Made by a program: the position numbers and the translations under genes. 21,799 nucleotides of DNA, from IMG/VR virus record IMGVR_UViG_3300011154_000001, positions 62,001 through 83,799 of that record. One strand, given 5' to 3'. Below are positions 1 through 8,335 of the stretch, piece after piece (position 1 is the stretch's first letter; the number at the start of each line of letters is the position of its first letter). Source of the DNA: an uncultured virus (IMG/VR IMGVR_UViG_3300011154_000001) (taxonomy: Duplodnaviria > Heunggongvirae > Uroviricota > Caudoviricetes). Below the pieces are notes generated by a model, which did no database searches, was not told the DNA's origin, and worked only from the letters and a program-made list of their open reading frames with translations.

Positions 1-511
1 TACGTCCCGCAAGGGTTTCACCAGATATTTTAGGGAACAAGTATTTAGTAAGCTCATATCTAACAGCACTTGGATTTGTGAGAGGGTAGGTGTCACAGTA
101 CCATCTTACTACGTTCTCCACTTCATTAATCAGATGGTCAATGTATGCAAACATCGTTTTATAAGAGTCTTGTGGTTTTACAGGATCAAGCCACGCTGGT
201 CTGAACACACAATCTTCATTTGTTCTTTTAGCTTTCTTTCGAAGGTTACTAACAGCATCTTTCGACAGTGCTTTGTTCTGATTGCGCTTGTAGATGATTG
301 CATTTGCTTCGTACACACTGATACCCTCTGGTTTGGTTGCTTCCTTGATAAGCTCCTCGATACAAGCATCTGTTATCTTTTCTTTCTGAACAGCTTTAAG
401 GTTTCTTTTACACCAGTCAACAGAAACAGCGCCATCTAAGGCGCTTGATATTTCTTTATATGTGAGACCCTTCTTTCTCAACTCTAGGGCCCTTTCTTTT
501 ACATCATTCAA
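1..511 (-). CDS. N-terminal HTH DNA-binding protein (3'-truncated by window edge)
   Basis: Not in ORF track. TTG start overlaps upstream TGA, with GGAGG RBS. Translates MNDVKERALELRKKGLTYKEISSALDGAVSVDWCKRNL (HTH pattern) and stays open to position 1. Confidence 0.65.
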   Translation of the reverse strand, partial: MNDVKERALELRKKGLTYKEISSALDGAVSVDWCKRNLKAVQKEKITDACIEELIKEATKPEGISVYEANAIIYKRNQNKALSKDAVSNLRKKAKRTNEDCVFRPAWLDPVKPQDSYKTMFAYIDHLINEVENVVRWYCDTYPLTNPSAVRYELTKYLFPKISGETLAGR

Positions 512-741
512 ATCTCTACCTCCAACCATCCACAATATTTGAACTTACCTTCAATCCTAAAATCACCATCTTCAGATAACCAAAGATCCAAACTAAAATT
601 CCCAACATCACCTAGGTGTACATCTTTAAGCAGGCTGCCATTATAAAACATCTCTTCGATGTAATTAGAATGAGGTACGATGCTTAGCAGTGTAAGGTCA
701 TCTCGATCATCTGTGTACTCAACACTATAAAAGGTTTCCAT
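508..741 (-). CDS. hypothetical phage protein
   Basis: 77-aa ORF, GGAG RBS, abuts neighbours. Confidence 0.7.
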   Translation of the reverse strand: METFYSVEYTDDRDDLTLLSIVPHSNYIEEMFYNGSLLKDVHLGDVGNFSLDLWLSEDGDFRIEGKFKYCGWLEVEI

Positions 742-742
742 T

Positions 743-1306
743 TTATTCTCCAGTTACAAAATTAATAAGTCGTTGCTTATCTTCTTCATTAATCAAATTA
801 AAACAAGGTACATTATATTTCTGTGCTAGATTCCACGCAGTTGCTGTCCCTCCACGTATATTACCATGCTTATCAACCTTTGCCCAACAAATAAGAAACT
901 GACTTGGACTCTTCAAAGAGCTTCCCAAGATTTGATAAACATTCCTTGTGTGTAAAAGCTTTGCTCCCCGTGAACACTTATCCCAAGCTGGATGTGTTTC
1001 TGATGCAATCAGTTCTGCTTCTTTCTTATTGTCGAGTCTGTCAAGTACTCGATACCAATCTTTATAATACTCGTCATAGCTTGTGAAGCTATCCCAAGGA
1101 ATATAGATTTGACCTAACACAACACGCTCATCTACATTCTCAGCATAAGCAAGAGCACCTTTTTCAAATGCTGCATCTGCTCCTTGTGCTGCCCCTGAGC
1201 GTACTATGTAATCTTTGCTTGCAAGCTTGAATGCAATGTCTTCAATAAGCTTACAGATGTCTTTTGGACATTCTCTCGAACCTACCCCTGTATAGAATTT
1301 CTTCAT
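743..1306 (-). CDS. SLOG-superfamily (DprA/Smf-like Rossmann fold) protein
   Basis: Motifs YTGVGSRECP, RSGAAQGADAAFE, GGTATA; AGGAGG RBS. Confidence 0.85.
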   Translation of the reverse strand: MKKFYTGVGSRECPKDICKLIEDIAFKLASKDYIVRSGAAQGADAAFEKGALAYAENVDERVVLGQIYIPWDSFTSYDEYYKDWYRVLDRLDNKKEAELIASETHPAWDKCSRGAKLLHTRNVYQILGSSLKSPSQFLICWAKVDKHGNIRGGTATAWNLAQKYNVPCFNLINEEDKQRLINFVTGE

Positions 1307-1318
1307 ACGCCCCTCCTT

Positions 1319-1384
1319 TTAGAAAGCACCAAACACAAACCAAATGAAAGCTATTAAAAATAAAACTATCAATATGCCTACCAT
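1319..1384 (-). CDS. 21-aa hydrophobic micropeptide
   Basis: MVGILIVLFLIAFIWFVFGAF; GAGGA upstream; fills the gap in the operon. Confidence 0.45.
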   Translation of the reverse strand: MVGILIVLFLIAFIWFVFGAF

Positions 1385-1452
1385 TCCAAATTATCCTCGC
1401 ATATATAAACCATCACGCAGCCAATGGCAATAGCAGCAATTAGTCCGAACAT
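1378..1452 (-). CDS. 24-aa hydrophobic micropeptide
   Basis: MFGLIAAIAIGCVMVYICEDNLEW; GAGGAG RBS. Confidence 0.5.
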   Translation of the reverse strand: MFGLIAAIAIGCVMVYICEDNLEW

Positions 1453-1547
1453 TTCCGCTCCTCTCTAGCAATAAGAAACCCAAGCCACATCCTATCTTCA
1501 TAGATCTTCATCTGTCTGTACAGAGTTTTAAGAGTTTCTAGATTCAT
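1440..1547 (-). CDS. 35-aa hypothetical protein
   Basis: MNLETLKTLYRQMKIYEDRMWLGFLIAREERKCSD; ATGA overlap with upstream gene. Confidence 0.5.
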   Translation of the reverse strand: MNLETLKTLYRQMKIYEDRMWLGFLIAREERKCSD

Positions 1548-1759
1548 TTCTGGTCCTTATAGCAACACATAAAATAAGCACCCTCACAAAATCCTTGAAA
1601 TCTGTATTCAACTTCAGGGTCTTGGTAGAAATGACAAAACTCGTTCCACTCTAGATTAGGAGAACTATATTCAAATTTCATCCAATCCTCAAATGGAATA
1701 CGAAGATCCATATAATTAAGGCAAGGTTCTGCTTCTCCCCACACCTCTACACTAATCAT
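1544..1759 (-). CDS. hypothetical phage protein
   Basis: 71-aa ORF in coupled array. Confidence 0.65.
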   Translation of the reverse strand: MISVEVWGEAEPCLNYMDLRIPFEDWMKFEYSSPNLEWNEFCHFYQDPEVEYRFQGFCEGAYFMCCYKDQK

Positions 1760-1916
1760 TCTTTTTCTTCCTTACCCAAAACTCTAGCTGGCCAAGATGT
1801 GGATAATACGAAACATCAATTTCTTCATTACAATCACAAACTTCTCTATGGTGGAGTTCGATGTAGTCTGGAATGTTGTGTTCTTCTAGGTACTTCTTTA
1901 ACTCACCTACATTCAT
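1752..1916 (-). CDS. 54-aa hypothetical protein
   Basis: MNVGELKKYLEEHNIPDYIEL...; ATGA overlap; AAGGAG RBS. Confidence 0.6.
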   Translation of the reverse strand: MNVGELKKYLEEHNIPDYIELHHREVCDCNEEIDVSYYPHLGQLEFWVRKKKND

Positions 1917-2134
1917 TCTTCAATCTCCTTCCATTCAAAAACAATTTCTTGTGTCATAGCAACATCGTCATACAGGACATATTCCACCTTATCCCAATCA
2001 ATGTCAATACTCTTCACATCAAATACATTAGCATATTTTACAGGCAGCCCTTTCTTAGCTGCTAGGTGTATTGGTTGTTCCCAATGTTCAGCGTTTAGGA
2101 TTTCATCCATTGTGATGGTTATTTTATGTTTCAT
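1913..2134 (-). CDS. hypothetical phage protein
   Basis: Start re-assigned to MKHKITIT (ATGA coupling). Confidence 0.65.
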   Translation of the reverse strand: MKHKITITMDEILNAEHWEQPIHLAAKKGLPVKYANVFDVKSIDIDWDKVEYVLYDDVAMTQEIVFEWKEIEE

Positions 2135-2247
2135 TCTAGCAATCCTAGTGTTCTGGCACAGGAAGGACAATAAAGCTTACATTCTACCCACCACCAACAC
2201 GCCACCTCATTATCAAATTTCAATCTTTTACAATGAGTGCAGTTCAT
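2131..2247 (-). CDS. 38-aa zinc-finger-like protein
   Basis: MNCTHCKR...KLYCPSCARTLGLLE; two CxxC pairs; ATGA coupling at both ends. Confidence 0.55.
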   Translation of the reverse strand: MNCTHCKRLKFDNEVACWWWVECKLYCPSCARTLGLLE

Positions 2248-2402
2248 TCCTCAATCCTCTTCCAATCATCCCACTTAATCTTGTCTTTAAGTACAAGTCC
2301 AATTCTATACCAAATACTCCCGTCTTCAAGTATAGTGGTTTCTAGTTGACAGATTATATTTCCAACCCTGCTTCTTTTAGGAAATTGAATTATATTTGTC
2401 AT
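2244..2402 (-). CDS. 52-aa hypothetical protein
   Basis: MTNIIQFPKRSRVG...; GGGAG RBS. Confidence 0.55.
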   Translation of the reverse strand: MTNIIQFPKRSRVGNIICQLETTILEDGSIWYRIGLVLKDKIKWDDWKRIEE

Positions 2403-2619
2403 TCAAGATAAACTCCCTACCCCTCACATGAGCAACATGATACAGTCTCCAAGCATCTTCTGTTCTACCATCTGCATAGAAGAAGTTATATTCCTGGCCT
2501 CTTGTAATATCAAACCCTTGTCTTCTAGCATATTCTTCAAACTCTTCTCTTACTTGCTGTTCAAAGAAGTCATAGCCAGATTCAGCATAACAACCGTTTG
2601 GGTTTACTCCGTAGTCCAT
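2377..2619 (-). CDS. hypothetical phage protein
   Basis: 80-aa ORF in array. Confidence 0.65.
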   Translation of the reverse strand: MDYGVNPNGCYAESGYDFFEQQVREEFEEYARRQGFDITRGQEYNFFYADGRTEDAWRLYHVAHVRGREFILNDKYNSIS

Positions 2620-2852
2620 TTGAAATACCCCTGAGAATATTCTGTGTGAGGCACATTCTCACAAAGATGTTTAATTGAATTTAGTAACATTTCTTTAGGA
2701 TACTCTCCCAGTTCTGTTTCTCCTGCAATGTTTTCAATAACTTTTTCTAAATCTTCAACTCTTTTTACTAGAAAACCAATCAAAGCCTTACCTTGATCAT
2801 CTTGCATGTACGAAGCATACCAACCAGCGTATTTAATATTCCTAATTTCCAC
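2604..2852 (-). CDS. hypothetical phage protein
   Basis: 82-aa ORF, GTG start, downstream of promoter. Confidence 0.65.
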   Translation of the reverse strand: MEIRNIKYAGWYASYMQDDQGKALIGFLVKRVEDLEKVIENIAGETELGEYPKEMLLNSIKHLCENVPHTEYSQGYFKWTTE

Positions 2853-2895
2853 ATCAATTACCCCGTGTTTTTCAGCATTAATTTAAACGAAACAC

Positions 2896-2924
2896 ATAAT
2901 AGCACACATATTCACGTCTTACAA
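2896..2924 (-). promoter_or_regulatory. sigma70-type promoter
   Basis: TTGTAA-17-TATTAT with extended TG, intergenic. Confidence 0.6.
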
Positions 2925-2981
2925 GAGAAAACGTCTATTTACTCAGAATTTCCCGTGGTAATGTTAAGATTACAACCTTCT

Positions 2982-3236
2982 CTAAACAAACTTCTCTCTC
3001 TCTGTTAACTGTGTGATAACCCATTTGTGACTAAACCCCTTCAATTTAAATGCACCGCTCCTCTTCATCAATTCATACCAAAACAATTTAGCTTCTGGGG
3101 TGTAAACAGGTAGCCTAACACGAAGCCTCCATTGCTCTCCTGAAAGCCTATGAGTAAACGTGCCATTTTCTACATACTGCATCCAATTGTATTTGGGGTT
3201 CTTTACTCCAACCCAAGCTAGAAATTTAGCTAGCAT
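2982..3236 (-). CDS. hypothetical phage protein
   Basis: 84-aa ORF, GAGGAGG RBS. Confidence 0.7.
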   Translation of the reverse strand: MLAKFLAWVGVKNPKYNWMQYVENGTFTHRLSGEQWRLRVRLPVYTPEAKLFWYELMKRSGAFKLKGFSHKWVITQLTEREKFV

Positions 3237-3601
3237 TCGTCCTCCTCAAATTCAATAGTTTCTGTCTGCTTCTCATGCCACCATTCCAAAATTAGTCCGC
3301 AGAAAGCAACGGCATTATGTGTTGGATTCAAGCTTACCAGTTCTTTCAGTGTACGGCAACCACAATATTCAAGATACTCGTTCATATCACCACCAACCTT
3401 CTTAATCATCCTACGAGCATATTTAGTTTCTTCACTGCTGTGGTAATAGGCTGGCAGACGCACACCGTAGAGCTTTGCAAGACCCTTCCAATGCTTCTCA
3501 TCATCACCCCAATCTAAATCGAGATGTTCTTTAGCATAAACAATCTTGTCTTTCTTAGCTTGCTGTGCAGCTTGTTTCATTTCTTCTGTGATTTCAAACA
3601 T
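3230..3601 (-). CDS. hypothetical phage protein
   Basis: Start re-assigned to MFEITEE (AAGGAGA RBS). Confidence 0.75.
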   Translation of the reverse strand: MFEITEEMKQAAQQAKKDKIVYAKEHLDLDWGDDEKHWKGLAKLYGVRLPAYYHSSEETKYARRMIKKVGGDMNEYLEYCGCRTLKELVSLNPTHNAVAFCGLILEWWHEKQTETIEFEEDEC

Positions 3602-3602
3602 A

Positions 3603-3776
3603 CTATTCTCCTTTAAAATAATGCTCTTTAATCCAAAGATAAAGCACATATGGCCATACCAGGGATAGAACAAAAATCATTGGAACTCCTTTTATCTTCA
3701 AATCTTCACTTTGAATTCCTACCATAAGGCCAAAGAATCCACAGACGAAAAATAGATATGCTATCAACCAGGTCAA
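3603..3776 (-). CDS. 57-aa two-TM membrane protein
   Basis: TTG start in TTGA overlap; MTWLIAYLFFVCGFFGLMVG...FVLSLVWPYVLYLW. Confidence 0.55.
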   Translation of the reverse strand: MTWLIAYLFFVCGFFGLMVGIQSEDLKIKGVPMIFVLSLVWPYVLYLWIKEHYFKGE

Positions 3777-4072
3777 ATCAATTTCTCCTGTTCTAAATAA
3801 TTCTTATACACTTGTAGAGGAACTTGAATCTCCTTTTCCTCTGGAAGCCGTTCTACTTCTTTACTCCAATCTTTACCAAGAAGCTGTGTATCAAATACAG
3901 TTGTTTCTCCAGAAATTCTATGAATCTTATAGCAGTGATTATCTGCGAAGACAACATCATAATCTTTGAAATATTCTGTTGAATCTTGGTGTGTCACTCC
4001 TAACAATACAAAACGCCTAGGCTTCATTTTCCTAAGCTGTTTTACTGTCATTATTGTGTAAGTCTCAGTCAT
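3773..4072 (-). CDS. hypothetical phage protein
   Basis: 99-aa ORF, AGGAG RBS. Confidence 0.7.
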   Translation of the reverse strand: MTETYTIMTVKQLRKMKPRRFVLLGVTHQDSTEYFKDYDVVFADNHCYKIHRISGETTVFDTQLLGKDWSKEVERLPEEKEIQVPLQVYKNYLEQEKLI

Positions 4073-4361
4073 TACCGTAGCTCCTAATAGGCGGCGGTGC
4101 AGCAGGGCCTTTCCTGTCTTTCCTCATATTTTCTTTCCATTGCCCAATCATATCATTACAATGACTCTTCGAGGAACAGCAATCTTCACAGCCATATAGC
4201 CAAGCCCTGTTAACTTGTAATTGGAATCTATAACTATGTTCTCTCCTAAACTCCTTTTTACAAAATAAGCAACCCTGCCAAAAGAACAATCCATAATGGT
4301 TATAGATCACTCCATGAGCTACGTTGTTGTATTTTTCTGATCGTCTTTTCATTCTTCCCAT
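4065..4361 (-). CDS. Cys-rich hypothetical protein
   Basis: CLFCKKEFRRE and CEDCC motifs; Pro-rich tail. Confidence 0.7.
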   Translation of the reverse strand: MGRMKRRSEKYNNVAHGVIYNHYGLFFWQGCLFCKKEFRREHSYRFQLQVNRAWLYGCEDCCSSKSHCNDMIGQWKENMRKDRKGPAAPPPIRSYGND

Positions 4362-4561
4362 CCTGTGTAATCACAGAAACACTCATCACCAGATTGTGCA
4401 TAACAATAACACCTATCGTCCACCAAAGCTGTTCCTTTACAAGCCCCACAAATCTCCCAAGGACCACTCCCTAAATACTGCACAAATCCAGGTTTTGTTT
4501 CACAGTCCTCCCACTCCTTACAGCACCAATCACAATTACGTTGTCTATATTTATATTTCAT
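4349..4561 (-). CDS. Cys-rich zinc-binding small protein
   Basis: CDWC, CGACKGT, CYC..CFC; start may be ATG at 4560 region; AGGAG RBS. Confidence 0.65.
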   Translation of the reverse strand: MKYKYRQRNCDWCCKEWEDCETKPGFVQYLGSGPWEICGACKGTALVDDRCYCYAQSGDECFCDYTGWEE

Positions 4562-4601
4562 TCTAACTCTCCTAAAAGCTTTATTGCATTTTCAAGATAA
4601 A

Positions 4602-4694
4602 TTATTGTGGTTTACCAGCTACTTGGTCTTGATGTTTATAAAATTCAGCTTCTTTCTGGCGATTCAACATCTCTTTCAGTTCTTCACGAGTCAT
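4602..4694 (-). CDS. 30-aa hypothetical protein
   Basis: MTREELKEMLNRQKEAEFYKHQDQVAGKPQ; GAGGAGA RBS; ATGA overlap. Confidence 0.45.
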   Translation of the reverse strand: MTREELKEMLNRQKEAEFYKHQDQVAGKPQ

Positions 4695-4858
4695 TTCTTT
4701 TCTCTCTCCTCAAATTCAGAACATTTTACTTCTTTTAGTTTATCATCTTTGAAAATATGAATTACTTGCATTGTGTTGAAAGGAAGTTTGCTACAATTTT
4801 CCAAAGCTTTCTCACATACACAGCACATAAATCCTCTCGGAATGTGTGTAATCTCCAC
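4691..4858 (-). CDS. 55-aa Cys-rich protein, reminiscent of lambdoid NinD-like proteins
   Basis: HIPRGFMCCVC...CSKLPFNTM...VKCSEF; GTG start with GAGGAG RBS; family call from memory. Confidence 0.55.
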   Translation of the reverse strand: MEITHIPRGFMCCVCEKALENCSKLPFNTMQVIHIFKDDKLKEVKCSEFEEREKK

Positions 4859-4867
4859 TAACTCTCC

Positions 4868-5080
4868 TCAGCTCAAATAAAACACTTCATAGCCGCTTTG
4901 TACCAGTTGGATTATACTCTTCTTTCCTGTGCTTGTCACGATAGAATTGTCTCGTGCCCGGTAGATAGCATCTTGGAAAAACACTGAGTTTATTTTATCA
5001 ACGATAACTAAGTCTCCATAATAGAGTTGAGGTTTGTTATCAATATTTGATATTTTTAGTAGTTTTGATGGTTCAGTCAT
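4868..5080 (-). CDS. hypothetical phage protein
   Basis: 70-aa ORF, AAGGA RBS. Confidence 0.6.
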   Translation of the reverse strand: MTEPSKLLKISNIDNKPQLYYGDLVIVDKINSVFFQDAIYRARDNSIVTSTGKKSIIQLVQSGYEVFYLS

Positions 5081-5222
5081 CTTGTTTGTCCTTTTCCTTA
5101 ATATTCATCTGTTCGTTATAATATTTCAAAGCTTCTCTATCATTTGTGGCTTGTGCTAGTAAGAGCACATCTTCAAGGGAATAGCACGGGAGAGTGTACC
5201 ACGCATTGGTCTCTTTAGTCAT
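5073..5222 (-). CDS. 49-aa hypothetical protein
   Basis: MTKETNAWYTLPCYSLEDV...; AAGGAG RBS; ATGA coupling. Confidence 0.55.
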   Translation of the reverse strand: MTKETNAWYTLPCYSLEDVLLLAQATNDREALKYYNEQMNIKEKDKQDD

Positions 5223-5386
5223 TTGTAAATCTCCTTGATTAGTTGTCCCTTCTGCTCTGTAGTCAAGAACTCGGCACGATTAATAACACCAACTGCACGT
5301 GTCAAAGCTAAAAACCATTGCTCTGTAGCTTTGTGTTCGGCTGCTTTGATCTGCTCTTTCAATTCACGTTCAACAGAAGGTAACAT
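5219..5386 (-). CDS. 55-aa hypothetical protein
   Basis: MLPSVERELKEQIKAAEHK...; GGGAGA RBS. Confidence 0.55.
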   Translation of the reverse strand: MLPSVERELKEQIKAAEHKATEQWFLALTRAVGVINRAEFLTTEQKGQLIKEIYK

Positions 5387-5388
5387 AG

Positions 5389-5823
5389 CTATTCTCCCAT
5401 AAACTCATATTGATATAGTGGATCAATAAATTCTACATCATTTGATTGGCAATGTAAAATTCCATATTTGTCACATTGAATCTTTACACGCTCAATGATT
5501 TTTCGTGATTGTGCTTTACGAGATTCATAGGCCGATAGCTTAAATACTTTTGTGAATGGTGTATCCTCTATATCGTGATACAGATACTTACCCTCGTTCC
5601 TCACGATGTATACACGATGCGGATAGCGCACTTTATCTGTATCATCGTAAACCCATACAGCGTTGTGTAATTTCACCATTGTAGTAAAGCTTACTGTTTG
5701 CTCCCCAACACCAAAATCATAATCAAACTCATAACCTCCCGTACGTGAACGGTGATACATCATAGAACTTGCAAAAGCATCTAGGCTAGCAAGCTGAATA
5801 TGCAGCGTATCTTTAGTTTCCAT
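5389..5823 (-). CDS. hypothetical phage protein
   Basis: Start re-assigned to METKDT (GAGGG RBS). Confidence 0.7.
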   Translation of the reverse strand: METKDTLHIQLASLDAFASSMMYHRSRTGGYEFDYDFGVGEQTVSFTTMVKLHNAVWVYDDTDKVRYPHRVYIVRNEGKYLYHDIEDTPFTKVFKLSAYESRKAQSRKIIERVKIQCDKYGILHCQSNDVEFIDPLYQYEFMGE

Positions 5824-5833
5824 TTTATTACCC

Positions 5834-5947
5834 TCAATGGTCGTTATCAAATTTAGTCGTGATCTTACCACATAGTTTACAACGGAACTGTGAAAAGTTT
5901 CCTCCAGCGGGTCCGTAATAGCGCCATTCGTGTCCAAAAATACACAT
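5834..5947 (-). CDS. 37-aa DUF1660-like zinc-ribbon peptide
   Basis: MCIFGHEW...FRCKLCGK (C-x-FGH-x-W...CxxCG); GAGGAGA RBS. Confidence 0.55.
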   Translation of the reverse strand: MCIFGHEWRYYGPAGGNFSQFRCKLCGKITTKFDNDH

Positions 5948-5958
5948 ACCTACTCTCC

Positions 5959-6213
5959 TCAATTAATATTCGACAAACCTAAGCTGTAATTAATGCTATC
6001 ATCATTTTTGCAAGAATACAAATCTAATCTCTCTGATTCTTCAACTAAAAGTTCCATTGCAAGCTCAGAAATAAGCTTCTTACAAAGCTGAACACATTCG
6101 TTAATCTCTTTCCCACCATAAAGTTTGTGGTGATGTTCTGGTTGATAACTCGCCCATTCAATCATTTGTTTTTGAATGCGGATAAGAGCTTCATAACGTT
6201 GTTGTGTGTTCAT
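5959..6213 (-). CDS. hypothetical phage protein
   Basis: 84-aa ORF. Confidence 0.65.
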   Translation of the reverse strand: MNTQQRYEALIRIQKQMIEWASYQPEHHHKLYGGKEINECVQLCKKLISELAMELLVEESERLDLYSCKNDDSINYSLGLSNIN

Positions 6214-6214
6214 T

Positions 6215-6382
6215 TTATTTACCTAAGTTAAGATAACGAGTTTCAATTTTATACTGCATATATTGTGCAGCACCCGTACTTTCCTTCTCTTTGAGAACCA
6301 TTTCTTCTGCGTCTTCTCTGTTTCGGTAAATAGAGTGGATTTTCCACTCATCCCAAGCATACCATAAAATATAAATATCCAT
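6215..6382 (-). CDS. 55-aa hypothetical protein
   Basis: MDIYILWYAWDEWKIHSIYRNREDAEE...; AAGGAGA RBS. Confidence 0.6.
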   Translation of the reverse strand: MDIYILWYAWDEWKIHSIYRNREDAEEMVLKEKESTGAAQYMQYKIETRYLNLGK

Positions 6383-6510
6383 TAACTTTTCTCCTTAAGT
6401 AATTTCGTGTACCACTGTAAGAGATTTAAATACGATTGTTCTGTGCTGTCAAGGTCTTTCTTTTGCCTCAACGTACGAATGTCTTCAATAATCCAATCTT
6501 CTGGTTTCAT
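6382..6510 (-). CDS. 42-aa hypothetical protein
   Basis: MKPEDWIIEDIRTLRQKK...; AAGGAGA RBS; ATGA overlap. Confidence 0.55.
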   Translation of the reverse strand: MKPEDWIIEDIRTLRQKKDLDSTEQSYLNLLQWYTKLLKEKS

Positions 6511-6698
6511 TCTTTCTCCTTAGCTTTCTTGATAACGTCTTCAAGCTGCGTCTTAATAAGAATCAATTCTCCTAGACTGGGAATATCTAGTTTGCTTGCC
6601 ACCCGTTCAGCTTTACGACAAGCTCTATCTACGTTCAATAGTATTGACTCTAGGTCTTTTAAAATAGCCTTACGACTTGCCACTTTTCTTTCCTCCAA
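6507..6698 (-). CDS. hypothetical phage protein
   Basis: 63-aa helical ORF; start uncertain (TTG or internal GTG). Confidence 0.55.
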   Translation of the reverse strand: MEERKVASRKAILKDLESILLNVDRACRKAERVASKLDIPSLGELILIKTQLEDVIKKAKEKE

Positions 6699-6725
6699 TA
6701 AAAATAGCCCTTACTCACAGTGTTA

Positions 6726-6754
6726 ATAGTACACCAAGAATAAAGGCTATGCAA
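6726..6754 (-). promoter_or_regulatory. sigma70-type promoter embedded in an inverted repeat
   Basis: TTGCAT-17-TACTAT; arms ATAGCCTTTATTC / GAGTAAGGGCTAT followed by a T-run. Confidence 0.6.
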
Positions 6755-6755
6755 A

Positions 6756-7190
6756 TTATGTTTGATAAATTTTTACTTCAATACCAAGCTCTTCTGATAG
6801 AGCTAGTGTATTACTATTGTCTCCCCAACGGCTTTTGAAGTCTTCTCCTCCCTCATAGCATACAACCTTAGTAAGCTTTCGTTGTTTCATGATGCTTAGG
6901 CACTTAGGGCACGGTGGGTGGCTAATGTAAATCGTGCAGCCGTCTAGGTAAGTCCTATTTGAGAACAACATGCAATTTTCTTCAGCGTGTAATGTATGCG
7001 CATATTTGAAGGTTCTGTCATTTAGCCGTTCGTTAGTATCTTCAAGACCACGAGCAAATCCATTGAATCCAAAAGCTACAGGATTACCATTCTCATCAAT
7101 AATACAGCTTCCTACTTTTGTAGAAGGATCTTTAGACCAAGATGCTACAAGCATTGCAAGGTCCAAGTACCGTTTATCCCATTTATTCAT
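6756..7190 (-). CDS. dCMP deaminase
   Basis: SKDPSTKVG, GFNG, HAEEN and PCPKC zinc-binding motifs. Confidence 0.95.
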   Translation of the reverse strand: MNKWDKRYLDLAMLVASWSKDPSTKVGSCIIDENGNPVAFGFNGFARGLEDTNERLNDRTFKYAHTLHAEENCMLFSNRTYLDGCTIYISHPPCPKCLSIMKQRKLTKVVCYEGGEDFKSRWGDNSNTLALSEELGIEVKIYQT

Positions 7191-7426
7191 TCTGCAATCA
7201 CAATTGATACAAAGTCGAAAACATCTGTTTGATACTTAGTTTGAAGCTCTTCTAATTTTGTTTCGCTTAGGAAATAAACACTGCCTTCTACCATCTCACA
7301 GAATTCATCTTCTCTAAAGTTTGGGGATAGGTATGTATTTTCGTACCTATGATCTTTAATTGCAAAGATTCCTTCTGGATTCTTATTTTCCAAATACTTG
7401 ATAACGTCTTTATTCTTCATTACCAT
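7187..7426 (-). CDS. hypothetical phage protein
   Basis: 79-aa ORF, ATGA-coupled to the deaminase. Confidence 0.7.
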   Translation of the reverse strand: MVMKNKDVIKYLENKNPEGIFAIKDHRYENTYLSPNFREDEFCEMVEGSVYFLSETKLEELQTKYQTDVFDFVSIVIAE

Positions 7427-7629
7427 TCCATTTTACTCCCATCTTCTTCTAAAAGGTGAACAACGATACCATGATACTCCAGTGCTGCCAAGAGGTGTGA
7501 TTCAGAATCTACACGAATTCCTACTAAATCGTTTTCATCAGCGATCTTAAATAGCAAATCCCCAATAAAATTTGATTCAACACCGTTCATTACAAATTTA
7601 TCACCAATTGCTTGAATTATGTAGCTCAT
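7420..7629 (-). CDS. hypothetical phage protein
   Basis: 69-aa ORF, AAGGAGA RBS. Confidence 0.7.
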   Translation of the reverse strand: MSYIIQAIGDKFVMNGVESNFIGDLLFKIADENDLVGIRVDSESHLLAALEYHGIVVHLLEEDGSKMEW

Positions 7630-7630
7630 T

Positions 7631-8038
7631 TTAAATCTCTCCTTCTAGATAAACTCTCATTGCCCAAGTGACTTGCCGTCTTGGTCTGTCCGAATGATCA
7701 TACACAACTCCATCAATAACTGCAATAGCATGGCCACATAAAGCTACGTAATATCTTCCTTTCGGATGCTTTTCACAAAACTTATTAAGCTGAATTCTAT
7801 TTTCTCTTGTGTAAGGCCCGACCTTATGTTTTGTTTTCTTCAAGCTTTGCGGAAGTACTTTACTGCTGTGGATACCACATTTGTTTTTCCTATTGCAAGC
7901 ATTTTTCAAATGACTGTGTGCTTTCTCGTATGTTGTATTAAAGACTTTAGCAAAAGCTTTTACAGTGCAGTCATTCCACTCATTCAATCTTTTTGAAGCT
8001 TTAATTAACTCCTCATCTAGTGGTGCGTATTGGTACAT
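7631..8038 (-). CDS. conserved phage protein with possible Cys-His-Asp triad
   Basis: DCTVKA ... GHAIAVIDGVVYD. Confidence 0.7.
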   Translation of the reverse strand: MYQYAPLDEELIKASKRLNEWNDCTVKAFAKVFNTTYEKAHSHLKNACNRKNKCGIHSSKVLPQSLKKTKHKVGPYTRENRIQLNKFCEKHPKGRYYVALCGHAIAVIDGVVYDHSDRPRRQVTWAMRVYLEGEI

Positions 8039-8047
8039 AAGAACCCC

Positions 8048-8326
8048 TCAATATTTCTTTTGTCCTTTGCGGGTGCCGACACCAGTGCAAGTATAATTAC
8101 CCGAACCTGCTGATTGCTTCGCTGTACGAAGTGTATATTTACCATCGAAATGCTCTTTAACGTAGTCTACACATTTCTGTCTATCTCGTGTATTAAAGAA
8201 CAAATAATCTCCGGTTGCAAGCTGAATGTAATACTTCCCTTTAGCATTGAAGATAAAACTTCCAGACTCTTCGTCATAAAGTTCAATATCTGACTCTGCT
8301 ACTAGAGTTGTCTTTAATTCTGACAT
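8048..8326 (-). CDS. hypothetical phage protein
   Basis: 92-aa ORF, GAGG RBS. Confidence 0.7.
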   Translation of the reverse strand: MSELKTTLVAESDIELYDEESGSFIFNAKGKYYIQLATGDYLFFNTRDRQKCVDYVKEHFDGKYTLRTAKQSAGSGNYTCTGVGTRKGQKKY

Positions 8327-8335
8327 ATAAACCTC

